A stretch of 63,436 bases of DNA, counting the filler, from Rhabdomonas costata (Eukaryota), in the NCBI GenBank assembly GCA_019059605.1. It is 53 parts of 53 records of this genome, joined end to end, with 100 filler letters (N's around TTAATTAATTAA, not from the genome) between each part and the next. Parts side by side here need not be neighbours in the genome. Positions count along the whole stretch, not along the records: positions 61,139 to 62,237 come from JAHMHO010028692.1; positions 62,338 to 63,436 come from JAHMHO010028693.1; 51 more parts are not named here. The stretch is one strand, 5' to 3'. The position numbers were made by a program, and so were the translations under genes. A model generated the notes under the pieces. That model was not told the origin of the DNA, did no database searches, and worked only from the letters and a program-made list of their open reading frames with translations. Shown one piece after another: positions 62,072 to 63,436 of this stretch; the stretch's first letter is position 1, and every line of letters starts with the position of its first letter.

Positions 62072-63436
62072 GTGTGCATTTATTTCTTTTGATGAAATTG
62101 TGGCTGTGTATTTCATGGCTTCGTGCTTCAGTTGACATACCGTATTGAACGCCAGCGTCAACTAGAGTTCACCTAGCTTCAGCTCGAGTTCAGCTGTTGT
62201 GGGCCTCTTCTGGTGGCACAGAGTTAAGTGAGGACTTNNNNNNNNNNNNNNNNNNNNNNNNNNNNNNNNNNNNNNNNNNNNTTAATTAATTAANNNNNNN
62301 NNNNNNNNNNNNNNNNNNNNNNNNNNNNNNNNNNNNNCCGTGGCCATCGGTGCCCTCACTGTGGCTGTGTTGGCGGAGCGGATCAGGCTGGCGACAGCCA
62401 CCGCGAGGCAGGCGTACGCCGAGGTGCACAAGGGGTTGGGGTGGGTCAGAGAGGAGTCCTGCATCGCCGCTCGGCCTGGTGTGTGCAAGCCCACCTCCAC
62501 CCAACTGGCACCCGAACCCACCCACCTAATTGTTTGTACCTCTTCAAGCTCATGAGTCTCACAAGAAAGTTTTGCATGTGTTCCGGGGGTGAAGGAAATC
62601 ATTTTCAGCAGGAACGCACCATTTCAACAGCGCACCATTGAATATGATTGGGTATCATGTGATGTTTTTGAGGGAAGGGACGGCGACCACGCACACCCAG
62701 CTCGGAGGTGGACAGCCGGTGCCCCCAGATGCCCAGGGCAACGGCCCTGCTCAGGCTTCCGTTGGTCTCAGAGTTCATGTTGAACCGCTGCGCGGACGCC
62801 GCAACGGCGATGCCCAGGGGGAGGGTTTTTCCTGAGCCGTGGCGGGCCTGCATTTGTTGTAGTCGAAGGACAGAGATATTCTGCCCCTCACAAGAATGCC
62901 TCGGAAAGGAAGGAATATGATGGGACCTTGGGAGAAGTGAAGCCTTGGTGCTCCCACCACCACCATTCTGGCAAGGGATTCGGCCGTACAGGTCAGAAAA
63001 CCAACCACACAAAACCATACACCCTCTTGTTTTGTTTTGACAAGACGAAAGCCATGTAGGTGTGTGTATGTGCGTGTTTGAGAGGCCGAAGCATAGGAAC
63101 AAGGAAAGAATTACAAATGCGCTCATCGAAAAAACGTTCCCGGGGTGGGGAATTTGCCAGCACACTAATAATGCACTGACAATGCCCCGCACTGACAGTG
63201 CACACGCACAGAACCCCTAGCAGGTGTGGCCATGCAAGCACGCTCCATGACAGGGGTGGTGCCAGCACAACAAGCCCGCCCCAGTTCAGAAATAGGGTGA
63301 AAACACTGCACTGGCAGGAAAAGCAAACCTGAGAGAAAATGTTCCTTAGCCCAGAACACCCTGCAAGATGGCGAAGGGGGAAGGAACATTGGGAACAGGA
63401 ATGGAGCTGCACGCCGGCACACCTTGCCAAAGTTAT

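Noticed and set aside
1101..62337. Regularly spaced TTAATTAATTAA repeat as a CRISPR array or biological repeat; ORFs ending in XXX..LIN
   Set aside because: Synthetic spacer embedded in N runs; ORFs running into it are truncated artefacts

Overview
This window is not one genomic locus. It is 53 unrelated contigs of about 1.1 kb (1093-1101 bp) joined by 52 artificial 100-bp spacers (44 N + TTAATTAATTAA + 44 N, which stop all six frames), so adjacency between contigs means nothing. Most contigs start with a G/T-only tract and end with an A/C-only tract, several carrying GGGTGTGTTTGG, and seven have fold-back inverted repeats at a contig end. Both are signatures of PCR-based whole-genome amplification with two-base degenerate primers. 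The DNA is nuclear DNA of an intron-rich eukaryote; a free-living euglenozoan such as a euglenid is my inference, not proven. Recognisable spliced gene fragments: mitochondrial HSP60, arginine/phosphagen kinase, glutamine-dependent NAD synthetase, PUS7/TruD, TTLL ligase, SLC25 carrier, CMGC-type kinase, class III nucleotidyl cyclases, a response-regulator receiver domain, and WW, PDZ, WD40, MIB/HERC2, LamG, Kelch-like and saposin/Canopy-like domains. Most worth following up: (1) an intron-containing Fic/Doc protein with the aberrant motif HPFMDCNTRVSE; (2) a DnaQ-like DEDDh exonuclease with a mitochondrial-type presequence; (3) a nested cluster of LTRs with a tRNA-iMet primer-binding site; (4) a 972-bp circular or tandem unit with hairpin-rich ends; (5) an apparently high share of GC-AG introns. 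No multi-gene novel system can be supported, because nothing larger than 1.1 kb is physically linked. I found no rRNA, intact tRNA, SL RNA or CRISPR array.
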